Shown here piece after piece: positions 31,575-43,034 of a stretch of 49,460 nt of DNA (positions within the stretch are counted from its first letter, which is position 1; the number at the start of each line of letters is the position of its first letter). This DNA comes from Tetramitus jugosus (lineage: Eukaryota; Protista; Heterolobosea). The translations under genes and the position numbers were made by a program. Under the pieces are notes generated by a model, which worked only from the letters and a program-made list of their open reading frames with translations, had not been told where the DNA came from and searched no databases. The stretch covers positions 1-49,460 of the forward strand of contig OW569396.1 of the NCBI GenBank assembly GCA_937625935.1, written 5' to 3'.

Positions 31575-32429
31575 ATGGTTGATCCAAAAAAATTGAAATT
31601 AAAAGTTATATCTTATGAAAAATTTAGAGATATCACTAAATCTATTCAAATTGTTGCATTATCTAATATTTCAGAATTAAAAGAAAATATCGCAAATAGA
31701 TTTTTAGCGCTTACTCCATTTTTATCTTTTTTTAATATTAAACATTATGCAGAATGTGAAAATATGCAATGCTTAGTGATGCCTATTACAATTGATAAAA
31801 ATTGTTGTGGACCTCATAATAATGAGATTTTTGGAGCAACTGAAGAAATTATTGATACTTTAGAGGAAACATTTAATACTGTTAGAACTTTTAGTACTGG
31901 TGTACGTTGTAGAGTTACAATGTTAAGGGATTACCCAGGTAGTTTAATTAAGCATATTGCTCGGTACAATAAGGATATTGCAGCATTTTCTATTTTTAGT
32001 TTTTCTATTATTGTAGAGAAAATTATCAAGTTAAATTTAGATAGATATTTTATAGTATTTAATAGATTTATTTCTGTATTTGCACAAGAAACATCTTGTT
32101 ACCAAGTTTGTTCCTTTAATGAATTTACTAATATATTAGTTGATAAAATGGATTTAAATGAATCTATTTTTCATCGTGTAGCATTAGATAATAAAGATTT
32201 TCCTAATTATTTAAGTGACCTTTATAATTTTGGATTATCTTTAGTATTAATGGATGCCTTTGAAGAGAATGAATATAGTTCTTTAGGTGCACGTATTGTA
32301 GCTATGGATAGTGCTAAAAAAAATGCAGGTAAATTAATAGAAGAATTAACTATTAAATATCATAGAGCTAGACAGGAATCTATTACTAATGAATTAATTG
32401 AAATAGTATCTTGTGCTAACTTTGTATAA
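31575..32429 (+). CDS. atp3: ATP synthase F1 gamma
   Basis: ITKSIQIVA, DKNCCG, ARIVAMDSAKKNA, RARQESITNELIEIVS. Confidence 0.93.
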   Translation: MVDPKKLKLKVISYEKFRDITKSIQIVALSNISELKENIANRFLALTPFLSFFNIKHYAECENMQCLVMPITIDKNCCGPHNNEIFGATEEIIDTLEETFNTVRTFSTGVRCRVTMLRDYPGSLIKHIARYNKDIAAFSIFSFSIIVEKIIKLNLDRYFIVFNRFISVFAQETSCYQVCSFNEFTNILVDKMDLNESIFHRVALDNKDFPNYLSDLYNFGLSLVLMDAFEENEYSSLGARIVAMDSAKKNAGKLIEELTIKYHRARQESITNELIEIVSCANFV

Positions 32430-32524
32430 TTAATTTGTTATATTGATTTTTTTATATTCTTTGTCCTAAAAAAGATTCAAATTAGTTGTTGATTTTTATT
32501 AAAAAATATAAAAATACATGTAAC

Positions 32525-32743
32525 ATGATCGTAGAATTTAAAATGATAGGTGCAGGTTTAGCTACTATAGCTTCAGGTGGTGTAGGTGTAGGTATAGGTT
32601 TAATTTTTAGTAGTTTATTAGAAGGTATTTCTAGAAATCCATCAGTACATCAAAGATTATTTAACTTAGCTATTTTTGGTTTTGCTTTAACAGAAGCAAT
32701 AGCATTATTTACTATTATGATTGTTTTCTTAATATTATTTTAA
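32525..32743 (+). CDS. atp9: ATP synthase subunit c
   Basis: [19 protein letters not shown]; ATG at 32525. Confidence 0.97.
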   Translation: MIVEFKMIGAGLATIASGGVGVGIGLIFSSLLEGISRNPSVHQRLFNLAIFGFALTEAIALFTIMIVFLILF

Positions 32744-32829
32744 TATATTATTAAATATATTATTTAGTATCATTTAACAATATTTTTATATTTATTATTT
32801 ATTGATTACATAAATTATTATTATTTTTT

Positions 32830-33291
32830 ATGATATATTTATTTATTATATTTACACTATTAAATTTTACTAACTTTTTTTTATTATTTCAATCTGAGTC
32901 ATTTATATTGTTTATATCTTTTTTTTTAATTATTTCTTATTTTTATGCATTTATGAATATAAACTTAAAATCAACACATGCTTCTAATTTAGAATGGATT
33001 GAAACAGTACGATTTTATATTACACTATCTAGTTGGCATAAATCTTATATACGTTACAATGAATTAAAAATTGCAAATTTTTATAAATTAGTTTTAGTTT
33101 TAAAAAAAAATTTTTTTTTAAAACTACAAAAAATTAATAAATTATTAGTACGTAATCATTATAATAATTTAAAAAAATTACAATTATTTAGATTAATTCA
33201 TATTGAAAGAAAAACTAAGTTATATAAAGAGTTAGTGAGAACTAGTAAATCTAACTCTAAATCTATTATTTTAATTGGAAGTATTATATAG
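32830..33291 (+). CDS. atp4: ATP synthase subunit b (ymf39)
   Basis: N-terminal TM with 'SESFILFISF', basic helical tail, located in the atp3-atp9-atp8 cluster. Confidence 0.65.
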   Translation: MIYLFIIFTLLNFTNFFLLFQSESFILFISFFLIISYFYAFMNINLKSTHASNLEWIETVRFYITLSSWHKSYIRYNELKIANFYKLVLVLKKNFFLKLQKINKLLVRNHYNNLKKLQLFRLIHIERKTKLYKELVRTSKSNSKSIILIGSII

Positions 33292-33329
33292 TTATTTTTA
33301 TTGATTACTTATTTTATACATATATATAT

Positions 33330-33659
33330 ATGCCACAAATAGATATTTTTATAGTAGTAAGTCAATTACAATTTTTATTATTTTTTTTTTTAGGATATTT
33401 TTATTTTTTAAAAAAAATATTACCATTAATTAGTTTAGAAATGAAATTTAGACAAAAAGTATTATTATTTCATATGAATTGGTTTGCTAATAATATAAAT
33501 CAAACAATATATTATAGAGAAACTTTTAGTACTTTATTAGTTAAGTTCAGATCTTTATTAGAAATATTTAATTTTATAATAAAAAAACGTGATCTTTTTT
33601 ATGGTATTTATGATATCGATTTAATGTTAGTTCGTTTTCAATATAGACAATTTAAATAA
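33330..33659 (+). CDS. atp8: ATP synthase subunit 8
   Basis: MPQID start, TM, ILP..K.R. Confidence 0.9.
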   Translation: MPQIDIFIVVSQLQFLLFFFLGYFYFLKKILPLISLEMKFRQKVLLFHMNWFANNINQTIYYRETFSTLLVKFRSLLEIFNFIIKKRDLFYGIYDIDLMLVRFQYRQFK

Positions 33660-33671
33660 TATTATATTAAC

Positions 33672-34313
33672 ATGACAATACATAACATTCTAATTAAATT
33701 ATTATTACGTAATAAATTATATTGGGCTAATAAGTTAGCTTTAAATTCTAAAATAGTTATTAAATCTTTTTATAAAAATTCTGAATCTGTATTATTAAAT
33801 AGTTTAGTAAAAACTAATGCTTTATTATTAGAAAATATTAATACTTTATTAAGAACTTATTTATTTATTTACCGTATTTTGTTATTTAATCAATTACATA
33901 ATATTACATTGAATAAATATAGTGTATCTGGTTGTACTTTATTAAAATATGATAATATTTCTGATTTATATAGTAGTCGTAAAATTTTAACTACTTCTAT
34001 TTATAGTACTATTAATTTTGTTGGTTCTTTTGGTATGAATGTATGTACTTTTTATAATATTTTTTATAATATTTATTTCAATATATTATATTTATTAAAC
34101 ACTAAATTATTATATAAGTATAATTGGAGATTAAGTAAATTACCTAAACATTCTGAAAAAATTACAGTTTTAAGGTCTCCACATATTGATAAAAAATCAA
34201 GAGAACAATTTGAAATCTTAACTCATAAATCTTCTATGATAGGATTTAATTTATTAACTATTGATTTTTTAAAAAATCAATCAGATAATAATTATATTGA
34301 ATATATTTATTAG
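33672..34313 (+). CDS. rps10: Ribosomal protein S10 (N-terminally extended)
   Basis: LPK...[18 protein letters not shown]. Confidence 0.9.
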   Translation: MTIHNILIKLLLRNKLYWANKLALNSKIVIKSFYKNSESVLLNSLVKTNALLLENINTLLRTYLFIYRILLFNQLHNITLNKYSVSGCTLLKYDNISDLYSSRKILTTSIYSTINFVGSFGMNVCTFYNIFYNIYFNILYLLNTKLLYKYNWRLSKLPKHSEKITVLRSPHIDKKSREQFEILTHKSSMIGFNLLTIDFLKNQSDNNYIEYIY

Positions 34314-34365
34314 TATTTTATTACTAATATTTTTTTTTTGATTACTTTTTTTTATAATTAATATT

Positions 34366-35088
34366 TTGAAACAATATATAAATTTATTACTTAAACAAAT
34401 ATATATTTTTATACACAATAATAAAAAATTAAATGAATTACACAAACTATCATTAGAAGTATATAATAATTCATTAAATAAATTTTATAATCAAATTTAT
34501 AATAATCGGGTTGTAAATTATTATAAATCATTTTCTGGCACTGAAGAAAATACATGTTTACACAATCAATCAAATTTAGATACATTATATTATAATAATA
34601 ATTTTATACTTTATAAAAATATAAAAACTTTATTTTTATTAGAGGTTTCTAGAGGTATGTTTTTTGCTTTAAAAAATATATTTGATAGGAAAGCTACTAT
34701 TAATTATCCTTTTGAAAAAGGACCAATTAGCTCACGTTTTCGTGGAGAACATGCATTACGTCGTTATCGTACTGGGGAAGAAAGATGTATTTCTTGTAAG
34801 TTATGTGAGGTTATATGCCCTGCTTTAGCTATTACTATTGATTCTAGTATGCGTAGTAATGGTAGTAGAAAAACTGATAGATATGATATTGATATGACAA
34901 AATGTATTTTTTGTGGACTGTGCCAAGAAGCTTGTCCTGTAGATGCTATAGTAGAAGGCCCTAATTTTGAATACTCTACTTTTTCACATGATGAATTATT
35001 ATATGATAAAAAAAAATTATTATTAAATGGTGACATGTGGGAAATTGAGATATTTAATAATTTAAAAAAAGAAAATATTTATAGATAA
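34366..35088 (+). CDS. nad8: NADH dehydrogenase subunit 8 (NuoI)
   Basis: Two CxxCxxCxxxCP clusters, TINYPFEKG; TTG start 28 nt after the motif. Confidence 0.96.
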   Translation: MKQYINLLLKQIYIFIHNNKKLNELHKLSLEVYNNSLNKFYNQIYNNRVVNYYKSFSGTEENTCLHNQSNLDTLYYNNNFILYKNIKTLFLLEVSRGMFFALKNIFDRKATINYPFEKGPISSRFRGEHALRRYRTGEERCISCKLCEVICPALAITIDSSMRSNGSRKTDRYDIDMTKCIFCGLCQEACPVDAIVEGPNFEYSTFSHDELLYDKKKLLLNGDMWEIEIFNNLKKENIYR

Positions 35089-35231
35089 GTATTTCTTTTT
35101 TTAAAATGATTAATTAATATTTGAAGATAATATTTAATCATATTAGTAAAATGAAAAAATTTTATCTATGTACTTACACATTGTATTAATAAATATTTTT
35201 TATATATAATTGTACAAAAATAATTATATAT

Positions 35232-37136
35232 ATGTCTTATTCTGATAGGGTTTGGAAACGTTGGGTTTGGACTACAAATCATAAAAGAATTGGTATTATG
35301 TATATATTTTTTGGTATCTTTAATGGTTTTTTAGCTGTTTTATTATCTATGATTATTAGATTAGAGTTAGCTTTTCCAGGAGATCAAATTTTATTTGGTG
35401 AATATCAATTTTATAACTTAGTTACTACTATGCATGGTGTACTAATGTTGTTTGTTGTTGTGTTGCCTATTTTATTTGGTGGGTTTGGTAATTATTTTGT
35501 TCCTATTTTAATAGGTGCCCCAGATATGGCATTTCCTAGATTAAATAACTTTAGTTTTTGGACATTACCACCTTCTACTTTATTAGCAGTCATTTCTACT
35601 TTTGTAGATGGAGGGCCTGGTACTGGTTGGACATTATATCCACCTTTATCTAGTACTCAAACACATTCTAATTCATCTGTAGATTTTTTAATACTTAGTT
35701 TTCATTTAGCAGGTATTTCTTCAATAGTTGCTAGTATAAACTTCATATGTACTATTTTGTATTTTAAAAGTGAATCAATGTATTTAAAAGATTTATCATT
35801 ATTTGTATGGTCTGTTTTTATTACTTCTTTTTTATTACTTTTAGCAATTCCTGTATTAGCTGCAGCTATTACTTTATTATTTTTTGATAGAAATTTTAAT
35901 ACTAGTTTTTTTGATCCAGCTGGTGGTGGTGATTTAGTATTATACCAACATTTATTTTGGTTCTTTGGTCATCCTGAGGTTTATATTTTAGTTATTCCAG
36001 GTTTTGGTATAGTTAGTCATGTTATATCAACATTCTCTCAAAAAAGAGTATTTGGTCATACTTCTATGATTGCAGCTATTTTAATAATAGGTATTATTGG
36101 TTTTATTGTTTGGGCGCACCATATGTATACTTCTGGTATAGATACAAACACTAAAGCTTATTTTACTTCTGCTACAATGGTTATTGCAATTCCTACTGGT
36201 ATTAAAATTTTTAATTGGTTAGCTACAATGTGGGGTGGTAGTATTTGGTTTTATACTCCTATGTATTTTGCTGTAGGTTTTGTTGCTTTATTTACAATGG
36301 GTGGTTTAACTGGTATTATATTATCTAATGCTGGTATAGATGTATCATTACATGATACATATTATGTTGTTGCTCATTTTCATTATGTTTTATCAATGGG
36401 TGCAGTGTTTGCTATTTTTTCTGGTTTTTACTATTGGTTTGGTAAAATGTCTGGTTTTCAATATTCAGAACACTTAGGACAATGTCATTTTTGGTTAACT
36501 TTTATAGGTGCTAATTTAACATTTTTTCCAATGCATTTTTTAGGTGTAGCAGGTATGCCTCGTAGAATCCCTGATTATCCAGATATGTATCAAAAATGGA
36601 ATACTTTTGCTAGTTTTGGTAGTTTAATTTCTTTTTTTGGTTTAATCTTTTTTTTTTATGTAGTTTATGATGCTTTAACACAACAAATTCCTTGTGGTAG
36701 AAATCCTTGGATATTTTCTACTCATGATGAAATGTCATATAGAATGACTAGATTATCATACTATGTTACTAACAATTTTGTTGCAAATGACTATAAAGTA
36801 AATAAACGTTTTACTACATTAGATAATAAATATTATCAACAATGGTTATTATATAATTATATATCACATTTAAAATATGTAATAAATTTAAAAAATATAA
36901 AAACATTTAGTTTAGAGTGGACATTACCTTCTCCAGTGCCTGCGCATACTTTTGCGGTTGCCCCTAAAATTATTACAGTTTCTAGTAATTATAAAAAATA
37001 TAGAAAAAATTATTATTTTAGAGATTTAAGTAATCCAAAAAATAAAAAATATATTTTACCTTTTGGTTCAGGTATGGATGCTGATTTTGATGTATTAGTA
37101 GAAGTATTTTATAGTACTACTCGTAAAAATATATAA
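35232..37136 (+). CDS. cox1: Cytochrome c oxidase subunit 1
   Basis: [20 protein letters not shown]; no introns. Confidence 0.99.
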   Translation: MSYSDRVWKRWVWTTNHKRIGIMYIFFGIFNGFLAVLLSMIIRLELAFPGDQILFGEYQFYNLVTTMHGVLMLFVVVLPILFGGFGNYFVPILIGAPDMAFPRLNNFSFWTLPPSTLLAVISTFVDGGPGTGWTLYPPLSSTQTHSNSSVDFLILSFHLAGISSIVASINFICTILYFKSESMYLKDLSLFVWSVFITSFLLLLAIPVLAAAITLLFFDRNFNTSFFDPAGGGDLVLYQHLFWFFGHPEVYILVIPGFGIVSHVISTFSQKRVFGHTSMIAAILIIGIIGFIVWAHHMYTSGIDTNTKAYFTSATMVIAIPTGIKIFNWLATMWGGSIWFYTPMYFAVGFVALFTMGGLTGIILSNAGIDVSLHDTYYVVAHFHYVLSMGAVFAIFSGFYYWFGKMSGFQYSEHLGQCHFWLTFIGANLTFFPMHFLGVAGMPRRIPDYPDMYQKWNTFASFGSLISFFGLIFFFYVVYDALTQQIPCGRNPWIFSTHDEMSYRMTRLSYYVTNNFVANDYKVNKRFTTLDNKYYQQWLLYNYISHLKYVINLKNIKTFSLEWTLPSPVPAHTFAVAPKIITVSSNYKKYRKNYYFRDLSNPKNKKYILPFGSGMDADFDVLVEVFYSTTRKNI

Positions 37137-37196
37137 GTAGTATATTAATGTTTGTTTATTATAATATTGATTACATATTTAAATATAATATATAAT

Positions 37197-37595
37197 ATGA
37201 TACATGAATATTTACCAGCGATGATACAAGCATATTTACCAACTATAGTTGGTGGTTTACATTTGACATTAGTTATTTTATTTCCTGGAATTGAATTAGA
37301 GTTTTACGAACAACTTGCAAGTTTACAAGCTTATTCTTCACAAATTATGTACGATATGGAAATGTCTAGAAATGTAGAGATAGAAGCTTATTTAGAATTA
37401 AGGAATCAAGTCGAAAAACTTTTTATTGAAATTAAATTGGATGGATTCTGCAGTGGATATGAGGAAAGGGAATTATTCAAACCTTGTATTGAAGAAGTAG
37501 TAAAAAGTGAACTTGAGTCTGGTTTAAGTGGTTATAAAGATATTCCTACTAAAATTAAATTTTTAAATATTATTCTTTCTGATTTAACAAAATAG
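37197..37595 (+). CDS. Orphan orf132 (hydrophobic N-terminus, acidic body)
   Basis: First ATG 37197, 30 nt after TTGATTACAT (ORF track start 37152 is TTG). Confidence 0.62.
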   Translation: MIHEYLPAMIQAYLPTIVGGLHLTLVILFPGIELEFYEQLASLQAYSSQIMYDMEMSRNVEIEAYLELRNQVEKLFIEIKLDGFCSGYEERELFKPCIEEVVKSELESGLSGYKDIPTKIKFLNIILSDLTK

Positions 37596-37603
37596 ATACT
37601 TTT

Positions 37604-37633
37604 ATTATTAAAAATTATTGATTACTTATTTAT
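37604..37633 (+). repeat. 30-bp dispersed direct repeat, copy 2
   Basis: Identical to 17418-17447. Confidence 0.85.
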
Positions 37634-37902
37634 AAAAGTATATAGTAAGTAGTATTAGATATTACTTATAAATAGACTGAACTTTTAGTAATTCTAAAAA
37701 AATAGAAGTTTTTAACTGTTATTGAAGTTAATTATTTAGAAGCACTATTTCTAATACTACTGATGAAGTATTAGCAAGAGAAATATTTGAAGACTTTTTA
37801 AATTTATAAGTTGTGTATGTTTAATTAATATTAATTTATAACTTTAATTTGATAACTTATAAATTTTTACAAATCGTTTGGATTATTTTTTATTTTGTTT
37901 AA

Positions 37903-38694
37903 ATGTCTAATAATTATATTCTTAGGTTTAATCCTATTACACCTTCACAAAGACATACTTGTTTAGTTAATAAACGTAATTTATCTAATAATATGCATAT
38001 TAAACGTTTATGTTTATCATTAAAAAATAGTGCTGGTCGTAATAACACAGGTATTATTACTGTAAGACATAAAGGTGCTGGAGTAAAAAAAAAATTTCGT
38101 AAAGTTGATTTTAAACGTAATATTTATAATATTCCCGCAGAGGTATACACTATTGAATATGATCCATATAGATCTTCTTTTGTTTCTCTTATTCATTACA
38201 GTAATGGTTTATTTTGTTATATTTTAACTACACAATTTAATTTGTGTAAAAAAATATTTATTTATAACTATAATGAAAGAATAGCTTTCCATAACATAGG
38301 AGATTCAAATTTATTATTATATTTTGATAATGGTACTCTTTTACATAATTTAGAGCAATTTCCAGGTAAAGGCGGCTCTATTTCAAGATCTGCTGGTACA
38401 TATAGTTTATTAGTAAACGTTAGTAGTAATGCGTCGAAGGTAAAACTTCCTTCCGGTAAAATATTATTACTTTCTTCTTATTGTAGAGCTACTTTAGGTA
38501 TTGTTTCAAATCAATGGTATAGATATTTAAATTTAGGTAAAGCTGGTCGATCAAGATGGTTAGGTATTAGACCAAGCGTTAGAGGTGTTGCAATGAATCC
38601 TATAGATCATCCACATGGTGGAGGTGAAGGAAAAAAAACAGGTCGAGTTAGTCCTTTTTCTGTTTGGGGCAGAAGACAAAAAACAGTAAGTTAA
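37903..38694 (+). CDS. rpl2: Ribosomal protein L2
   Basis: GRNNTGIITVRHKG, IEYDPYRS, RGVAMNPIDHPHGGGEG. Confidence 0.98.
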   Translation: MSNNYILRFNPITPSQRHTCLVNKRNLSNNMHIKRLCLSLKNSAGRNNTGIITVRHKGAGVKKKFRKVDFKRNIYNIPAEVYTIEYDPYRSSFVSLIHYSNGLFCYILTTQFNLCKKIFIYNYNERIAFHNIGDSNLLLYFDNGTLLHNLEQFPGKGGSISRSAGTYSLLVNVSSNASKVKLPSGKILLLSSYCRATLGIVSNQWYRYLNLGKAGRSRWLGIRPSVRGVAMNPIDHPHGGGEGKKTGRVSPFSVWGRRQKTVS

Positions 38695-38705
38695 TACTTA
38701 AATAG

Positions 38706-38972
38706 ATGGTTAGATCTTTGTACAAAGGACCTTTTGTTGATAATAAATTATTAAAGAATGCGATAAGTGCTAAAATTAACAATAAAAAAATATTATATAC
38801 TAGAAGTAGATGTTCTACTATTACTTTTGATTTTTTAGATTTAATTGTTTATGTTTATAATGGTAAAATATATTATCCATTAAACGTTAAAGAATATATG
38901 CTGGGTTATAAATTTGGTGCTTTTTGTTTTACTAAAAAACGAGCAATTTACAAAAAGAAAAAAAAAAAATAA
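38706..38972 (+). CDS. rps19: Ribosomal protein S19
   Basis: RSLYKGPFV, VYNGK, GYKFGAF. Confidence 0.95.
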   Translation: MVRSLYKGPFVDNKLLKNAISAKINNKKILYTRSRCSTITFDFLDLIVYVYNGKIYYPLNVKEYMLGYKFGAFCFTKKRAIYKKKKKK

Positions 38973-38978
38973 TTAATT

Positions 38979-40868
38979 ATGAGTCGTCTTAGTAATTTAA
39001 ATACTTTAAAAATCGGTATTTTTGGTAATTGGTATTCTTCTTGGTATGATCGTGAATTTTATAATTTTTTAGTTTTTAGAGATTATAAATTAATACAATA
39101 TTTAAACTCTGTTTTTTATCGCCTTCGTTTACCAACTTCACATTTTTATATTAATAGAATTAATCAAAAGTATTATTACATCGAATCAAATATATATATT
39201 ACTAAACATACTTTTAGAAGATTTACTAAATCAGTGCATACATATAAAGATATATTTAAATATATATCTTTAATTGAATATTTATTTGATTCTGTTTTTT
39301 TATTGCCTAAAGATTCTATTTCAGGAATAAGTATTAATAAATTTATTTTTGAATTTGATACTTTTTATTATTTTTTATATTATTTTTTTAATAATTATAA
39401 TACTTTAAATTTAAATAGTAATATATTATTAAATAGATTTTCTTATTTTTATTATATTAATCATTTATTGGTTAATTCTTGTATTAACTTTTTCCCTGTT
39501 AAATATAATGTACAACTAAATATATTTTCTAATTTTTTTAAAATTAACAATACATTAAAAAATAAATTTATCCGCAATTACTCTGAATTAAATAAAAAAA
39601 AGTTAAATATTAAGAAATTAAATTATTTTTATTTAAATTCTTTTTTTCTAAGCTCCAGTAATATTAGTTTATTTAATTATATAATTAATATTAATTATGC
39701 TAATACTATTAATTTATTACATAGATTATTATTTAAATTCATTTTTAAATTTTTATTTATTTTTCTAAATATCTATATAATTATCGTATATAATTTTAGA
39801 TATTACAAAATAAATAAAAATTTACTAAAATGTGAAAATTTTTTAATAAGTAGTTACTATTATTTAAAAAAAATAAATATTATTTGTAATTATAAATTAA
39901 TTATTAAAAATAATGTAAAATTATTTTTAATGTATAATTTTAATAATTATTCATTTAGTTCTATTTTAGATTCAAAAAAAACTAGAAGCACTTACATAAT
40001 TAATCATGAAAATGTTTCAAATAATTATATACATAATAAATTTAATAAGTATTTAAATTTATTATTAAGTAATAAAAATAATTTATTTGGTTTTTTATAT
40101 ATACAAGATTTTGATGAATTTTTTAAAAAATCTATTAATAATAGTATTACAGTTGAAAATGATCAAATAGATGCTATTTATTATAAACAAGTAAATCATT
40201 TTAACAATTTTTTTAAGCGTATATATGTATATTTTTATAAAAAATTCTTTAATTTTTTTCATTTGTCTATAGAGTACACAATTTCTAGTTTTACTGGATT
40301 ACAATGTTTTTTTTTACCTACATATTATATTAAAACATTTCCAATCTTTGATACTAAATTATTATTAGATTATATTTCATATAACTTAAAAAGAAGACAT
40401 CATATTACTAAAATATTTAATAAAATTTCATTATTGCAACAAAAACATAATTCTGATGTTTCTAAATCATTTATTAATTTATTTAATGAATTTTCTGATT
40501 TAAAAAAAAATGCATTAAAATTTAATAAATTTTTACCATATTTTAATTTAGGTGAAATATATCAAACTTTAAATGTAAATAATATATATAGTGATCAAAT
40601 AAAAAAAAAAAAAAATCCAATTTCAGGTATACGTATAGAATTTAGTGGACCTCCTAAAAAAGCTGAAAGGACTGCATTAGTGGCATATCATGATATTATA
40701 CAAGATTATAGACTAATTGGTAAAATGCCAACACATAGTGTTTATGCAGATATACATTATTATCAGTCATACATTAAATTAAAGAGATCTACTTTTGGTA
40801 TTAAAATTTGGTTATTTTATTATACTCGTATTCTAAATTGCAATAATGTTAATAAAACTATTTTATAA
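38979..40868 (+). CDS. rps3: Ribosomal protein S3 with large internal expansion
   Basis: N-terminal LKIGIFGNWYSSWY; C-terminal GIRIEFSG ... FGIKIW; position between rps19 and rpl16. Confidence 0.88.
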   Translation: MSRLSNLNTLKIGIFGNWYSSWYDREFYNFLVFRDYKLIQYLNSVFYRLRLPTSHFYINRINQKYYYIESNIYITKHTFRRFTKSVHTYKDIFKYISLIEYLFDSVFLLPKDSISGISINKFIFEFDTFYYFLYYFFNNYNTLNLNSNILLNRFSYFYYINHLLVNSCINFFPVKYNVQLNIFSNFFKINNTLKNKFIRNYSELNKKKLNIKKLNYFYLNSFFLSSSNISLFNYIININYANTINLLHRLLFKFIFKFLFIFLNIYIIIVYNFRYYKINKNLLKCENFLISSYYYLKKINIICNYKLIIKNNVKLFLMYNFNNYSFSSILDSKKTRSTYIINHENVSNNYIHNKFNKYLNLLLSNKNNLFGFLYIQDFDEFFKKSINNSITVENDQIDAIYYKQVNHFNNFFKRIYVYFYKKFFNFFHLSIEYTISSFTGLQCFFLPTYYIKTFPIFDTKLLLDYISYNLKRRHHITKIFNKISLLQQKHNSDVSKSFINLFNEFSDLKKNALKFNKFLPYFNLGEIYQTLNVNNIYSDQIKKKKNPISGIRIEFSGPPKKAERTALVAYHDIIQDYRLIGKMPTHSVYADIHYYQSYIKLKRSTFGIKIWLFYYTRILNCNNVNKTIL

Positions 40869-40944
40869 TACCTTTTATTAACATTATAATCGTGTTTGTT
40901 TTTTACTTTAAAAAACTTAATAAATATATATATATATATATATT

Positions 40945-41364
40945 ATGAAGCAAAAAAAATTATTTAGACGTAACATTTATAAAAAAGGAATTACTTCTTT
41001 TAGTAAAGATTTAATTTCTGGTGATTTTGGGTATGTGGTATTAAAAAACCACATATTAAATAAAAAAAATTTAGAATCTGGTAGAGTTTTAATTAGAAGG
41101 GAATTAAAAAAAAAAGCATACTTATTTGTACGTCCAAAATTTACTATTCCAGTTACAAAAAAACCAAATGGTGTACGTATGGGTAAAGGTAAAGGACCTA
41201 TACATGAATATATTAGTTTTTTAAAAATAGACACTTGTTTATATGAAATTAAACAAGTACAATTAGCGAATGCTTTAAAAATATTAAAAAAATTATCTTA
41301 TAAATTTGGAGTACCTTTAGCATTAGTGCATAAAAGTGGTACTAGATATTATGTAAAAAAATGA
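40945..41364 (+). CDS. rpl16: Ribosomal protein L16
   Basis: PVTKKPNGVRMGKGKG. Confidence 0.96.
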   Translation: MKQKKLFRRNIYKKGITSFSKDLISGDFGYVVLKNHILNKKNLESGRVLIRRELKKKAYLFVRPKFTIPVTKKPNGVRMGKGKGPIHEYISFLKIDTCLYEIKQVQLANALKILKKLSYKFGVPLALVHKSGTRYYVKK

Positions 41365-41726
41365 TTTATTTAAACACTAGAGTAAATATTGCAGATAATT
41401 CTGGAGGTAAAATAGGTGAATGTATTAAAGTATTAAACTCTAAATTTGGTAAAGCACGTTTATCAAGCTTAATTGTTGTTGCTGTGAAAAAAGCAACAAA
41501 TAATAAAAAAATTAAATTGCATGATGTTCGTATTGGAGTAGTAATTAGAATGAAAAAATATGTTAGACGTAGTAGTGGTACACGTATTGCATTTGGTGAT
41601 AATGCAATAATATTAATAGATAAACGTGATAATCCTTATGGTAGTCGTCTATTCGGGCCAGTAGCAAGTGAGCTAGTAGTTAAAAAATACAATAAAATTG
41701 TATTTATGTGTTCAAGTATTCTATAA
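41361..41726 (+). CDS. rpl14: Ribosomal protein L14
   Basis: ADNSGG, FGDNA, GSRLFGPVA. Confidence 0.97.
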   Translation: MIYLNTRVNIADNSGGKIGECIKVLNSKFGKARLSSLIVVAVKKATNNKKIKLHDVRIGVVIRMKKYVRRSSGTRIAFGDNAIILIDKRDNPYGSRLFGPVASELVVKKYNKIVFMCSSIL

Positions 41727-41741
41727 TATAAAAACAAAAAA

Positions 41742-42293
41742 ATGATATTATCAAATGAATTAAATAGTAATCAACATTTTAATTTTACTAGTAACTCTGA
41801 ACAATTAGGTATTAATAAACAACAAGATATTTTTAAAGTAAAAATTAACTTTACTTTAAAAAATATGGAACAAAATAGATTTATATTTATAGTTAATTTA
41901 TTACTATTAGAACGTGCTTCCGGGCAACGTATAGTTTTTATTAAGGAAAACACTAATTTTTCAAAATTATTACCTTTAAAAGTAGGATGTACTGTAACAT
42001 TGCGACAACATTCTTTATTAAATTTTATTAGAATGTTTATTATTTTCTCATTTCCTAAAATAAATCAAGAAATAGTAAATAGAAATTTAAAAGCTCGTAA
42101 ATATCAATTATTATCAATTAATTTTAATAAATTTTTATTTATTTCTATGTTTTCTTACTTTACTGATTTTGATAAATTTTTAATTCATTATGAAAATTTA
42201 ATATATAATTTTAATATTGAATTATACACTGGTTCTCATAAATTTACATTAAATAGATTAATATATAGTTTATATGGATTACAAACTTTATAA
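41742..42293 (+). CDS. rpl5: Ribosomal protein L5
   Basis: LERASGQR, VGCTVTLR; spc operon position. Confidence 0.85.
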   Translation: MILSNELNSNQHFNFTSNSEQLGINKQQDIFKVKINFTLKNMEQNRFIFIVNLLLLERASGQRIVFIKENTNFSKLLPLKVGCTVTLRQHSLLNFIRMFIIFSFPKINQEIVNRNLKARKYQLLSINFNKFLFISMFSYFTDFDKFLIHYENLIYNFNIELYTGSHKFTLNRLIYSLYGLQTL

Positions 42294-42298
42294 TTTAA

Positions 42299-42607
42299 AT
42301 GGCTGGAGTATTATTAAAAAAAAAAAATTTAAAGATTAGGTACTATAAAGATCATAATTATATTAAGTATATAATTACTAATACATTATTAAAAGATAAT
42401 TATATAGATAAGGTAATTAGTTTAAAATATTTATTTGAGCATTCAAATAAATATTTTAAAGATTCAAGTATTACTAAAATAAAAAATAAATGCCTAATTT
42501 CAGGAAGAAATAGATCTGTTTTAAAAAAATTTAAATTATCAAGAATGTTTTTAAAAAATTTAGGTGTATGTGGTTATATTAATGGTTTAAGAAAAGCAAG
42601 TTGGTAA
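42299..42607 (+). CDS. rps14: Ribosomal protein S14
   Basis: NKCLISGRNRSV..FKLSR, GLRKASW. Confidence 0.95.
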   Translation: MAGVLLKKKNLKIRYYKDHNYIKYIITNTLLKDNYIDKVISLKYLFEHSNKYFKDSSITKIKNKCLISGRNRSVLKKFKLSRMFLKNLGVCGYINGLRKASW

Positions 42608-42656
42608 CATATTCAAAAATCGTATACAATATATGTGAATATATTATACTAACTTT

Positions 42657-43034
42657 ATGATAAATTTTGCATCTATATTAAATCAAGCAATACAACACAA
42701 AAAAAATATATGTGTTATTCCTTTAACTAGAATAAATTTAGATATTTTAAAAATATTATATAATAATGGTTTTATTTATTCATACACTATGAATCAAAAA
42801 AATTTAAAGATAGTAGTTGCATTGAATATAGTAGGTGATATTAATACAATGAAAAAAATTAAAATTATTTCTAAGCCTAGTAAACCAATACACTATACAA
42901 TTAAGCAATTAAAAAATTGCATCATTAAAGAAGGTAGATTTTTTATATTATCTACTAGCAGTGGCATTATAAGCAGTGAGTCTGCATTAAAATTAAACAC
43001 TTCTGGTGAGGTTTGGATTGAAGTTATAAAGTAA
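42657..43034 (+). CDS. rps8: Ribosomal protein S8
   Basis: ILYNNGFI, ISKPS, ILSTSSGI, GEV. Confidence 0.93.
   Translation: MINFASILNQAIQHKKNICVIPLTRINLDILKILYNNGFIYSYTMNQKNLKIVVALNIVGDINTMKKIKIISKPSKPIHYTIKQLKNCIIKEGRFFILSTSSGIISSESALKLNTSGEVWIEVIK

Noticed and set aside
35232-37136. Extensive mRNA editing (insertional or C-to-U)
   Set aside because: Core genes are uninterrupted and the conserved motifs checked in cox1, cox3, cob and nad7 are genomically encoded; a few sites cannot be excluded
40925-40943. (AT)n run before rpl16 and various poly-A/T tracts
   Set aside because: Expected low-complexity sequence in a very AT-rich genome
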